Source of the DNA: Sphingomicrobium sp.
GTDB lineage: Bacteria > Pseudomonadota > Alphaproteobacteria > Sphingomonadales > Sphingomonadaceae
NCBI GenBank assembly: GCA_040414585.1
Contig: JBEDUM010000175.1
Location: 15,146-79,145, forward strand
Reading direction: 5' to 3'
Length of the DNA: 64,000 nt
In this document: in pieces, positions 18,936 to 27,861 of the stretch
How positions within the stretch are numbered: the stretch's first letter is position 1
How the letters are laid out: every line of letters starts with the position of its first letter
Notes under the pieces: generated by a model
Database searches by the model: none
The model's input: the letters and a program-made list of their open reading frames with translations, nothing else
Told to the model about the DNA's origin: nothing
Position numbers and translations under genes: made by a program

Positions 18936-19703
18936 CTATCCCTTCAAATCTTCTTCAGCCGAGCCGGTTCTCAAGGCGGGTTCGCCGCCTTCAAGACCTC
19001 GATCGGGGCCATTAAAAGCCCGCCACCGGGCAATCGCGTGTCGGACACGCGAAGCGGCAGCGGGATCGGTCAGGGCGACATGTACCACATTTTCGCGCCC
19101 TAGTGCCAACGACAAGATAGTGCGTCCTTCGGGGAATATCACCCCCTCAGTCTCGCCGCCGCCCACCCTCCAGGCCTGGTCCAGGCTGCGGTTTCCGTCC
19201 TCTCCAGCGTCGGCAGCGTGGATCAGCAGATGCACCTTGCCCGAACGGGCGGCAGTCTCGATGCGATCGAAGCCGTTGATGAGGTTGCCGGCGCGCGCCT
19301 CCATGCCAAGGCGGTCGAGCGCGGTTTGGCGAAGCGCCCGCTCGACGCGTTCGCCCAAATCGGCAGGAACATGGATGTCGTTCGCCTTGAACGCCCGCTG
19401 GAGCGCGCCCTTGAGCTTGCCCTTGCGGTTCGCCTCATCGAGCTCGGCGCGAGTGACTCCGATCCATGCGCCACGGCCGGGCGCCCGGGCGCGCACGTCC
19501 GGCGCGACCATGCCCTCTGGGCCAAGAGCAAGCCGGATCAGCTCCTCCCGCGGTGCCGTCCGCCGGGAGAGGATGCAGGTGCGCTCGGGAACATGACTGT
19601 GCTCCTGTGAAGGCAGGAGCCCAGGCTTTTTCTTCCTGGAGGGGACCCCGGCCTTCGCCGGGGCACTGCTTACCGCAGCGGTATCATTGCTCCTCGCCCG
19701 CAA
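18936..19703 (-). CDS. YlxR/DUF448 RNA-binding protein fused to an L7Ae-like domain, with a palindrome-derived N-terminal insert
   Basis: ERTCIL...LIRLAL...PD..AR.PGRGAWI; lies between nusA and infB. Confidence 0.92.
   Translation of the reverse strand: MRARSNDTAAVSSAPAKAGVPSRKKKPGLLPSQEHSHVPERTCILSRRTAPREELIRLALGPEGMVAPDVRARAPGRGAWIGVTRAELDEANRKGKLKGALQRAFKANDIHVPADLGERVERALRQTALDRLGMEARAGNLINGFDRIETAARSGKVHLLIHAADAGEDGNRSLDQAWRVGGGETEGVIFPEGRTILSLALGRENVVHVALTDPAAASRVRHAIARWRAFNGPDRGLEGGEPALRTGSAEEDLKG
19599..19666. repeat. REP-like palindromic doublet inserted in frame in ylxR
   Basis: GTGCTCCTGTGAAGGCAGGAGCCC ... GGGACCCCGGCCTTCGCCGGGGCAC; two hairpins in inverted arrangement. Confidence 0.8.
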
Positions 19704-21309
19704 CCGCGTCCTCCTCGGTTGCCGGCGTAACCGGCTCGTCTTCGAACCAGTGAGCGCGGGCGGCCATGATGATCTCGTTGCCCTGCTCTTCGCTGAGGCC
19801 GTACTCGGCGAGGATACCGCCCTTGTCCTCGGGCCGGTTGCTCGGCTCGCGGCGGCGCGGCTCCACCCGCTTCTTCTGGATCAGCTCGTCGGTCGCGAGA
19901 TCGGCGAGATCATCGAGCGTGCGAATGTTCGCCTTGCCCAGGGTCACCAGCATCTGCTCCGTGAGGTGCGGAAGCTCGGCCAGAGCATCCTCGACGCCGA
20001 GTGCGCGGCGCTCCTCGCGCGATGCAGCTTCGCGTCGCTCCAGCGCTTCCGTAGCGCGGCTTTGAAGCTCAGTCGCAATGTCCTCGTCGAGGCCCTCGAT
20101 CGTCGCGATCTCATCGACGGGCACGTAGGCAACTTCCTCGAGGCTGGTGAAGCCTTCGGCCACGAGCAGCTGCGACAGCGTCTCGTCGACGTCGAGCTCG
20201 TTCTGGAACAGGGCCGAGCGCTCGACGAACTCGCGCTGGCGCTTCTCGCTCGCGTCCGCCTCGGTGAGGATGTCGATCTGCGAAGCGGTGAGTTGGCTGG
20301 CCAGGCGCACGTTCTGGCCGCGGCGGCCGATCGCAAGACTGAGCTGGTCATCGGGGACGACCACCTCGATGCGGCTCTCCTCCTCGTCGATTACGACGCG
20401 GCTGACGGTTGCCGGCTGCAGCGCGTTGACCACGAAGGTCGCCGTGTCCTGGCTCCATGGGATGATGTCGATCTTCTCGCCCTGGAGCTCCTGGACGACC
20501 GCCTGGACGCGGCTGCCCTTCATGCCGACGCAGGCGCCGACAGGGTCGATCGAGCTGTCGTGGCTGATGACGCCAATCTTGGCGCGGCTGCCCGGATCGC
20601 GGGCGGCGGCCTTGATCTCGATGATGCTGTCGTAGATTTCGGGCACTTCCTGCGCGAACAGCTTCTTCATGAAGTCGGGATGCGCGCGGGAGAGGAAGAT
20701 CTGCGGGCCGCGCGCTTCACGGCGCACCGACATGATCAGCGAGCGAATGCGGTCGCCGACGCGAACCATCTCGCGCGGGATCTGCTGATCGCGGCGGATG
20801 ACGCCCTCGGCGCGGCCGAGGTCGACGACGATGTGGCCGAACTCGACGCGCTTGACGACGCCGGTGATGATCTCGCCGACGCGGTCCTTGAATTCCTCAT
20901 ACTGGCGTTCGCGCTCGGCATCGCGGACCTTCTGGAAGATCACCTGCTTGGCGGCCTGGGCGGCGATCCGTCCGAACTCGATCGGCGGCAGCGGATCGAC
21001 GATGAAGTCGCCGACAGCGGCGCCCTTCTGCAGCTTCTGCGCAGCCTTCTCGTCGATCTGCTTGAAATGATCCTCGACCTCGGGAACAACCTCGAGAACG
21101 CGCCACAGACGGAGGTCGCCCGTGACGGGATCGAGCTTGGCGCGGATGTCGTTCTCGGCGCCATAGCGGGCGCGGGCGGCGCGTTGGATCGCGTCCTCCA
21201 TCGCCTCGATGACGATGCCCTTGTCGATCAGCTTTTCGCGCGCGACGGCGTCAGCGATCGCAAGCAGCTCTGCCTTGTTGGCGCTGACGGCAGCGGGTGC
21301 GGTGGCCAT
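19684..21309 (-). CDS. nusA: transcription termination/antitermination factor NusA
   Basis: S1, KH (RDPGSRAK, IGRRGQN) and acidic repeat domains. Confidence 0.99.
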   Translation of the reverse strand: MATAPAAVSANKAELLAIADAVAREKLIDKGIVIEAMEDAIQRAARARYGAENDIRAKLDPVTGDLRLWRVLEVVPEVEDHFKQIDEKAAQKLQKGAAVGDFIVDPLPPIEFGRIAAQAAKQVIFQKVRDAERERQYEEFKDRVGEIITGVVKRVEFGHIVVDLGRAEGVIRRDQQIPREMVRVGDRIRSLIMSVRREARGPQIFLSRAHPDFMKKLFAQEVPEIYDSIIEIKAAARDPGSRAKIGVISHDSSIDPVGACVGMKGSRVQAVVQELQGEKIDIIPWSQDTATFVVNALQPATVSRVVIDEEESRIEVVVPDDQLSLAIGRRGQNVRLASQLTASQIDILTEADASEKRQREFVERSALFQNELDVDETLSQLLVAEGFTSLEEVAYVPVDEIATIEGLDEDIATELQSRATEALERREAASREERRALGVEDALAELPHLTEQMLVTLGKANIRTLDDLADLATDELIQKKRVEPRRREPSNRPEDKGGILAEYGLSEEQGNEIIMAARAHWFEDEPVTPATEEDAVAGEEQ

Positions 21310-21314
21310 TATTC

Positions 21315-21842
21315 TTATTCCTCTACGGTTTCGATGTGTTCGGCGCCCTCGGTGCTGAGCGGCGCGGTGGCTTGAATGAGCTTGTCGGTCAAGACGAGCT
21401 TGGCCGACGAGATGTCGGAGAACGCCAGGACGTGCACCTGGCCGCTCTTGTCGGTGAGCTTCACGTCATTCCCCTCCACGCCCTGAAGCGTGCCAGAGAA
21501 TTGCCTGCGACCGTCCCTCGGCTCCGCTAGCGTGACGCGCGCCTCGTGGCCCGCCCAGTCGGCGAAATCGCTGAGGCGGGTGAGCGGCCGGTCGATCCCC
21601 GGTGAGCTGACTTCGAGCCGGTAGCTCCCCTCGATCGGGTCGCAAAGGTCGAGCACATCGCTGAGCCGCCGTGAGATCCTCTCGCAGTCGGAAATGTCCA
21701 GCTGACGCGTGTCGTGCCGCTCCGCCATGACCTGAAGCGTTGGGTCCGAGCTGCCGCCGATCATCGCTACGCGCACGAGCTCATAGCCGAGGTGCCTCAC
21801 CTCGGGCTCGATCATGCGTTCAAGACCGGTGATATCGGTCAC
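21315..21842 (-). CDS. rimP: ribosome maturation factor RimP
   Basis: LEVSSPGIDRPL; GTG start. Confidence 0.97.
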   Translation of the reverse strand: MTDITGLERMIEPEVRHLGYELVRVAMIGGSSDPTLQVMAERHDTRQLDISDCERISRRLSDVLDLCDPIEGSYRLEVSSPGIDRPLTRLSDFADWAGHEARVTLAEPRDGRRQFSGTLQGVEGNDVKLTDKSGQVHVLAFSDISSAKLVLTDKLIQATAPLSTEGAEHIETVEE

Positions 21843-21866
21843 TCAAACTCCGCTTCAATAAACCCC

Positions 21867-21902
21867 AAAAAACTCTCGGACCGGAGCCGTAGGGCCCCAG
21901 CC
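21867..21902 (-). promoter_or_regulatory. terminator-like hairpin plus U6 in the rimP leader (possible attenuator)
   Basis: minus strand GGCTGGGGCC-CTAC-GGCTCCGGTCC followed by GAGAGTTTTTT. Confidence 0.5.
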
Positions 21903-21972
21903 TCAGGCATCTAGCGATGTCGAGGAGAGAGCAGCGATATAGGCTGAAGCGATTGTGCGCGCAAGCGCGGGC

Positions 21973-22458
21973 TCAGCGCCCGAGCGCCCGATTTTCTTCC
22001 CCGATTCGAATGGCAAGCACGGCCCCATTGAGAAGTGTGAAAATGAGGGCGAGCGGCCATAGCCCAAATGCGAGCGGCAGTGACGCGATCTCGCCAATCA
22101 CGACGCCGTAATTTGGATGATTGATGAAGCGATAGGGCCCGGCACGAACCAGCGATGCACCGGGCAGAATGATGATCCGCGTCGTCCAGCGCGGGCCTAG
22201 CGTCGCCAAAACCCAGACCCGGGCGAGCTGCAACAGAACGAAGGCCGCAAGCCAAAATCCGTAGATCGGGCGCGCGGGCGCCAGCCACCACAACGTCGCA
22301 AGCCAGAGAACATGGACCGCGACCATCAGCGGGTAATGAGACGCGCCAACCTCGTGCCCCCCGCGCGCGAGCAGGCGCTGGGTATTTCGGTTCGACAGCC
22401 ACAGCTCCCCCAGGCGCTGCAGCGTGACCAGCGCGAGGATGATGACGTTTAGCGTCAA
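21973..22458 (-). CDS. isoprenylcysteine carboxyl methyltransferase family protein (SrsB/BpsB-like)
   Basis: QRL.EL..S.RN, LG.RWTTRII, GPYRF..HPNY; TTG start overlapping the PKS stop. Confidence 0.88.
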   Translation of the reverse strand: MTLNVIILALVTLQRLGELWLSNRNTQRLLARGGHEVGASHYPLMVAVHVLWLATLWWLAPARPIYGFWLAAFVLLQLARVWVLATLGPRWTTRIIILPGASLVRAGPYRFINHPNYGVVIGEIASLPLAFGLWPLALIFTLLNGAVLAIRIGEENRALGR

Positions 22459-23504
22459 ACGGACTCGAGCATCAGGCCGGCGCAGGTGAAGCCCGGCCCG
22501 AACGCCGTCATTAAGACGCGATCCGGAAGACCCTGCTTGAGCAGCCGATCCAGCACGAACATCACCGTCGGCGCGCTCATATTGCCGTAATCGTTCAAGA
22601 CTTCGCGTTCGAGATTGAGCTCGCCCTGATTGAGCTGAAGCGCGCTCTCGATCGCGTCGATTACCTTTACGCCGCCGGGATGACAGCAAAGGCGGTCGAT
22701 GTCCTCGAGCTCGACCCCCATGCTCGCGCACATTTCGTCGACCGCCTGGGCGAGCTCGGTTTCCACGAATGGTGGGATCGCGCGGTCGAAGACAACGGCT
22801 AGGCCTGGATCCTCGACGTCCCATCCCATGATCCGAAGCGTGTCGGGCCACAATTTTTCGGCTGAACCGGTAATCCGGGCGAGGCTGTGCTCTCCACTGG
22901 TTACGACCGCTGCCGCCGCGCCGTCACCGAAAAGCGCAGTGGCGACAACCGCGGCCGGATCCTCGCTGTCGAGCCGAATGGAAATCGAGCAGGTCTCGAC
23001 CGTGACGAAAAGCCAGTTTGTGCCGGGCTCGCCAGCCGCCATGCGCGATGCGGTGGCGAGCCCGTTCACCCCGCCCGCGCAGCCAAGACCGAAGACGGGC
23101 ACGCGGCGAATGTCGTCGCGGAAACCGACCCTCGGTGCGGCCCGCGCGTCGAGGCTAGGCGTGGCGATTCCCGTGGTCGAGACGGTCACGACGCCATCGA
23201 TCTGCTCGGGCATCAAGCCGGACTTTTCGATGGCCGCATTGGCGGCCTCTACGAACAGATCCTCTGCTGCTTTTAGATAGAGATCGTTGCGGGCATGCCA
23301 GCCGTGACCGCTCATGTACCAATCCTGGTCAGTGACGATATGCCGGCGAGCGATCCCGGCATTGTCAAATACGCCGGAGAGGCGGTCGAACAGCGCCTTG
23401 TTGCCGCCGAACGCTTCGCGTGCGCGGATCTTCGCTTCGGATTGCTCGACGACATTCGGGGGAACCGCGGTCGCGAGCGAGAGTAAACTGCAGGGTTGCA
23501 TCAT
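22455..23504 (-). CDS. type III polyketide synthase
   Basis: catalytic triad GLGCAGG, CHPGG, YGNMS; ALFGDG; FGPG. Confidence 0.95.
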   Translation of the reverse strand: MMQPCSLLSLATAVPPNVVEQSEAKIRAREAFGGNKALFDRLSGVFDNAGIARRHIVTDQDWYMSGHGWHARNDLYLKAAEDLFVEAANAAIEKSGLMPEQIDGVVTVSTTGIATPSLDARAAPRVGFRDDIRRVPVFGLGCAGGVNGLATASRMAAGEPGTNWLFVTVETCSISIRLDSEDPAAVVATALFGDGAAAAVVTSGEHSLARITGSAEKLWPDTLRIMGWDVEDPGLAVVFDRAIPPFVETELAQAVDEMCASMGVELEDIDRLCCHPGGVKVIDAIESALQLNQGELNLEREVLNDYGNMSAPTVMFVLDRLLKQGLPDRVLMTAFGPGFTCAGLMLESV

Positions 23505-23565
23505 GGCTCTATATGAGTGGGCTTACAGCCGTGAGCGGTTCACGCGGCGATCGGAGCAGTGTCGA

Positions 23566-24804
23566 ATGACAAAGCGCGCAATGCAAGCTGCCCTTTCCCT
23601 GGTGCTCGCCGCATGCGGCACCTCGTCGCAGACGACTGCTCAGCCCGCAAAGGGTTCCGACTCGTCGTTCACAAGTGCGCCGGTGGCGACGTTCGACAAT
23701 CCGTGGGCTATGGCCTTTCTGCCGGGCACGAACGTTGCGATCGTTACCGAAAAGTCCGGCCGCCTCTGGCTCGTCGATTGGAAATCCGGTCGCAAGCAGC
23801 AGGTGACGGGTGCGCCGGAGGTGCTTTACGGAGGCCAGGGCGGACTGCTCGACGTCGTCCTCGCGCCGACATTCCGCACCGACAACCAGCTGTACCTGAC
23901 CTATTCAGAGCCCTCGCCGAACGGCGGCAGCGGACTTGCGCTTGCCCGCGCCAAGTTTGTCCGCGAGGCGGCAGGAGCCAGGCTGGATGGCCTCAAGGTC
24001 GTCTGGCGCGATCCGGCCGGTGGCCAGGGCGGTCAGTTCGGCGCGATCGTGGTATTCGCGCCTGACGGTAAGTCTCTTTTCCTGACGTCCGGCGAACGCC
24101 AGCGATTTACGCCGGCGCAAGATCCGAGCCAGCCAATCGGCAAGATCCTTCGCCTCACCCTCGATGGTGAGCCGGCATCGGGGAATCCTTGGGCCGGTCG
24201 AATCGGTGCATCCACCGTGACCATCACGGATCCACCCCAGGACACGGAAGCGGCCAAGCACGCGCAAGGGCGCAAAGTGAGTTGGCCAGGGCCAAACCTC
24301 ACGCCGGCGGAGACGTGGACGCTCGGTCATCGAAATCCGTACGCCCTCGCATTCGACGCAGAGGGACGGCTGTGGGAAACGGAGATGGGCCCGCGTGGCG
24401 GCGACGAGCTCAATCTCATTCTGCCTGGCAAGAATTACGGTTGGCCACTCGTTTCCGAAGGAAAGAACTACGACGGTGTGCCGATCCCGCGGCATTCGAC
24501 GCGGCCAGACATGCAACCGCCGAAGCTTTACTGGGTGCCGTCGATCTCGCCCACGAGCTTGCTCATCTACAACGGCGACCTTTTCCCGCGGTGGAAGGGA
24601 AATGGATTCATTGGCACGCTGACCGGTACCGGGTTGATCCGCGTGACGTTCAATGGCGACCGCGCGCAAAAAGCGGAGGAATGGACCATGCCTCGGCGTC
24701 GTATTCGGTTCGTCGGACAGGGCCCCGATGGCGCGATTTACCTGCTCGAGGACGGTTCGGGCGGCCGGCTGCTCAGACTGACTCCGGCTCAGACGCGACG
24801 GTAA
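23566..24804 (+). CDS. PQQ-dependent sugar dehydrogenase (YliI/GSDH-type) lipoprotein
   Basis: LAACG lipobox, GQGGLLD, GHRNP, EMGPRGGDELN, GKNYGWP; start moved to 23566. Confidence 0.92.
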   Translation: MTKRAMQAALSLVLAACGTSSQTTAQPAKGSDSSFTSAPVATFDNPWAMAFLPGTNVAIVTEKSGRLWLVDWKSGRKQQVTGAPEVLYGGQGGLLDVVLAPTFRTDNQLYLTYSEPSPNGGSGLALARAKFVREAAGARLDGLKVVWRDPAGGQGGQFGAIVVFAPDGKSLFLTSGERQRFTPAQDPSQPIGKILRLTLDGEPASGNPWAGRIGASTVTITDPPQDTEAAKHAQGRKVSWPGPNLTPAETWTLGHRNPYALAFDAEGRLWETEMGPRGGDELNLILPGKNYGWPLVSEGKNYDGVPIPRHSTRPDMQPPKLYWVPSISPTSLLIYNGDLFPRWKGNGFIGTLTGTGLIRVTFNGDRAQKAEEWTMPRRRIRFVGQGPDGAIYLLEDGSGGRLLRLTPAQTRR

Positions 24805-25487
24805 CGCAGGTAATATGGCCGCCGGCCCTCGCGGCGTGACTTGGCGCCATAGCGCGTTTCGATCCAACCGCCGGAGGGTTCGAGAAAGTCCTTTGGTCGC
24901 TCTGCGAGCCAGTCGAACTGGTGCACATGGCGCTGCATGACCATCAGCGACCAGGTGAGATAGGTCGGGTCATCTGTCGCGAGCCGGAGCTCGCCGCCGA
25001 CCTTCAATTTGGACGCAAATAGATCGACCGGTCCGTCATTGACCATCCGCCGCTTGGCATGTCGCGCCTTCGGCCATGGGTCGGGATGAAGCAGGTATAG
25101 GAAGCTCAAAGCGCCATCCGGCACTCGCTGGAGCACCTCGAGCGCGTCCCCGCGCCAAAGGCGTACGTTCCTGAGATGCTTGTCGCGAACATGCGCGAGC
25201 GCCGTCGCGATACCGTTGAGGAAGGGTTCCGCACCGATGAAACCGTGATCTGGAAGCATGTCGGCGCGGTCGGCGAGATGCTCGCCCGAGCCAAAGCCGA
25301 TCTCAAAATGAAGCGGGCAGTCATTACCGAAAAGTCGCCGCGATGTGATTTCGCCATCCGCCGCCACTTCGATTTGCGGCAGCAGCTTCTCCACGAGTTC
25401 CTCCTGGCCCTTGCGCAGCTTGTGCCCGCTCGACCGGCCATAGAGGCGGTTCAGAGTCAGAGGATCGCCAGGCTTGTTGGCTGTCAT
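24789..25487 (-). CDS. trmB: tRNA (guanine-N7)-methyltransferase
   Basis: EIGFGSGEH, PDPWPK.RH.KRR, ATDD; start moved to 25487. Confidence 0.96.
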   Translation of the reverse strand: MTANKPGDPLTLNRLYGRSSGHKLRKGQEELVEKLLPQIEVAADGEITSRRLFGNDCPLHFEIGFGSGEHLADRADMLPDHGFIGAEPFLNGIATALAHVRDKHLRNVRLWRGDALEVLQRVPDGALSFLYLLHPDPWPKARHAKRRMVNDGPVDLFASKLKVGGELRLATDDPTYLTWSLMVMQRHVHQFDWLAERPKDFLEPSGGWIETRYGAKSRREGRRPYYLRYRRV

Positions 25488-25525
25488 AAGCAGCCGCCTA
25501 GGCGTTCCCGCCATTTCGCATCAAG

Positions 25526-25551
25526 GGAACCTTTCACGTCCCGAACGCGTC
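25526..25551 (+). promoter_or_regulatory. candidate EcfG/SigT-type promoter GGAAC-N17-CGTC
   Basis: exact -35 box, one mismatch in -10, about 28 nt before a strong RBS/ATG. Confidence 0.45.
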
Positions 25552-25578
25552 GAGTCCCAGGACTGGAGGAGAGAAACC

Positions 25579-26043
25579 ATGGCCACAACCCATGAGGGTC
25601 CTCATCACGACCATCCGAACAGCACAGCGAAGATCGGCGATCATCCGATCCATCCGATGCTGATTCCGTTCCCGATCGTCTGTTTCATCGGGACGTTCAT
25701 CGTCGACATCGGCTACTCGCGGACGCTGAATCTCGGCTGGGCGACCGCATCACATTGGCTGCTCGGGATCGGCCTGGCAATGGCTGCTCTAGCCGCGATT
25801 GCGGGACTGACCGATTTCCTCGGCGACAAGAGAATCCAGGGCGCGGACGCGATCAAGCACATGCTCGCCAATGTGACCGCCGTGATCCTGGAGGTCGTCA
25901 ACCTGGTGCTGCGACTCGGTAATCCCGACTTCATCCCTCGCGCGGGCGTCTACATCTCAGGCGTTGTCGTCCTGATTCTGATCTACAGCGGCTGGAAGGG
26001 CGGTGACCTCGTCTTCCGCCACGGGATCGGCGTCCGCGATTAA
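25579..26043 (+). CDS. DUF2231 family membrane protein
   Basis: HPIHPMLIPFPI, TMs, GW.GG.LVF.HG.G; GGAGGAG RBS. Confidence 0.85.
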   Translation: MATTHEGPHHDHPNSTAKIGDHPIHPMLIPFPIVCFIGTFIVDIGYSRTLNLGWATASHWLLGIGLAMAALAAIAGLTDFLGDKRIQGADAIKHMLANVTAVILEVVNLVLRLGNPDFIPRAGVYISGVVVLILIYSGWKGGDLVFRHGIGVRD

Positions 26044-26065
26044 GTTCCCGCTCGGCCACGCCCGC

Positions 26066-26530
26066 TTAGCGTGCTCCCTCTGGCGGCTTACACCGCGTGC
26101 CTTGATATTCGAATGTGTACAGTTCGTAGGTGCGGCCGTTCCACCTGTAGACAGGGAAGCAAAAGCCGGGGCCGCCGATCGATAGATTCGGCCAGCCCGC
26201 GCGTCCCCTGTTCTTGTAGAACTCGGGTATGCCGACTTCGCTAATCATGACTTTCCACCTGCCGTCAGGTTGCTTCGACAGCAGCCAAAAGCGCGTGCCC
26301 GTATCGCCATAGCAGTTCGTGCTGCCTTCCGTGATCACGGCATCGGGACGGCCGTCGTGATTGATGTCACCGTAGGTCTGGATCGCTCCGGCCTGGTAGC
26401 TCCGGCTGCCCGAATCAGTGCAGTCGCTATGCCAAGCATCTCCCGCTTTGCGGAACCCGGCAGCATGGAAGATCGCCGCCTGTTCCGCCGCAGGCGCTGC
26501 CGCCCCAATCAAGACCGCAAGCACGATCAT
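26066..26530 (-). CDS. secreted hypothetical protein with Cys pairs and a DINHDGRPD Ca-binding-like loop
   Basis: signal-like N-terminus, ORF fills the gap after metK. Confidence 0.7.
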   Translation of the reverse strand: MIVLAVLIGAAAPAAEQAAIFHAAGFRKAGDAWHSDCTDSGSRSYQAGAIQTYGDINHDGRPDAVITEGSTNCYGDTGTRFWLLSKQPDGRWKVMISEVGIPEFYKNRGRAGWPNLSIGGPGFCFPVYRWNGRTYELYTFEYQGTRCKPPEGAR

Positions 26531-26603
26531 GCGGAGGCCATATAGGTCCCTTGGCCGTCAGTCCGGTATCGAGGAATTCCCTGGTGATCCAGGGAGCGGG
26601 GCG

Positions 26604-27818
26604 TCAGGCCGCGATCGCGGCCTTCAGATCATCGACGAGATCGAGGCGCTCCCAAGGGAACAGATCCCCCTCCGACTTGCGGCCGAAATGGCCGTAGGCG
26701 GCCGTCGCCTGATAGATGGGCTTGTTAAGGCCGAGATGCGTGCGGATGCCTCGTGGCGTGAGCCGGCCGAGTTTGTCGATCCGGCCGATCGCGGCCTCGA
26801 TCTGCTCATCGCCGATGATCCCCGTGCCATGCGTGTCCACATATAGCGACAGCGGCTCCGGAACGCCTATCGCATAGGCGAGCTGGATCGTGCAGCGGCG
26901 GGCGAAGCCGGCGGCGACGATATTCTTCGCGAGATAGCGTGCTACGTAGGCAGCCGAGCGGTCGACCTTGGTCGGGTCCTTGCCCGAAAAGGCGCCGCCG
27001 CCATGCGGGGCTGCGCCGCCGTAGGTATCAACGATGATCTTGCGGCCGGTCACGCCGGCATCGCCGTCAGGACCGCCGATCTCGAACGCTCCGGTCGGGT
27101 TGATGTGGTAGACAGTCTCGTTGCCGAGCAGGTGTTGCGGCATCACACGGGCGACCACATCCTTAACATAGGCGTGGAGCTCGGCCTGCTTCTCGCCGCG
27201 GTCGTAGCCGGGCTTGTGCTGGGTCGACACGACGATCGCGGTCGCCTTCGCGGGTTTGCCGTCCTCAAAGCGCAAGGTGACCTGGCTCTTGGCGTCCGGC
27301 TCCAGGAACGGAGCGGCGCCCGAGTGGCGATCCTTCGCCATCTCCATCAGGATCTTGTGACTATAGTCGAGCGTGGCGGGCATGAGGTCCGGCGTTTCGT
27401 CGCAGGCGAAGCCGAACATGATGCCCTGATCGCCCGCGCCCTCGTCCTTGTTCTCGCCGGCATCGACGCCCTGCGCGATGTGCGCCGACTGCGGATGCAG
27501 GTGGTTGGCAAAGTCGAGCCGATCCCAATGGAAGCCCTGCTGCTCGTAGCCGATGCGCTTCACGACCCCGCGCACGGTGTCCTCGATCTCCTCGCGAACC
27601 CCGGGTGCCCAGTTGCCCGCCTCGTCCATGATGCCATGGCCGCGAATCTCCCCGGCAAGGACGACGCGATTGGTGGTCGTCATCGTCTCGCACGCGACGC
27701 GAGCCTCCGGGTCCTTCGACAGGAAGAGGTCGACAATCGAATCTGAAATCTGATCGGCGACCTTGTCGGGATGGCCTTCGGAAACGGACTCAGACGTGAA
27801 GAGATAAGAGCTGCGCAC
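26604..27818 (-). CDS. metK: S-adenosylmethionine synthetase
   Basis: [26 protein letters not shown]. Confidence 0.99.
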   Translation of the reverse strand: MRSSYLFTSESVSEGHPDKVADQISDSIVDLFLSKDPEARVACETMTTTNRVVLAGEIRGHGIMDEAGNWAPGVREEIEDTVRGVVKRIGYEQQGFHWDRLDFANHLHPQSAHIAQGVDAGENKDEGAGDQGIMFGFACDETPDLMPATLDYSHKILMEMAKDRHSGAAPFLEPDAKSQVTLRFEDGKPAKATAIVVSTQHKPGYDRGEKQAELHAYVKDVVARVMPQHLLGNETVYHINPTGAFEIGGPDGDAGVTGRKIIVDTYGGAAPHGGGAFSGKDPTKVDRSAAYVARYLAKNIVAAGFARRCTIQLAYAIGVPEPLSLYVDTHGTGIIGDEQIEAAIGRIDKLGRLTPRGIRTHLGLNKPIYQATAAYGHFGRKSEGDLFPWERLDLVDDLKAAIAA

Positions 27819-27861
27819 GGGACCTCAGATAAAGATATAAGGAAAGCTTTATATGACGCGT

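Noticed and set aside
26605-26622. 18-bp perfect palindrome AGGCCGCGATCGCGGCCT at the metK end
   Set aside because: Encodes KAAIAA; easily arises from Ala codons in GC-rich DNA.
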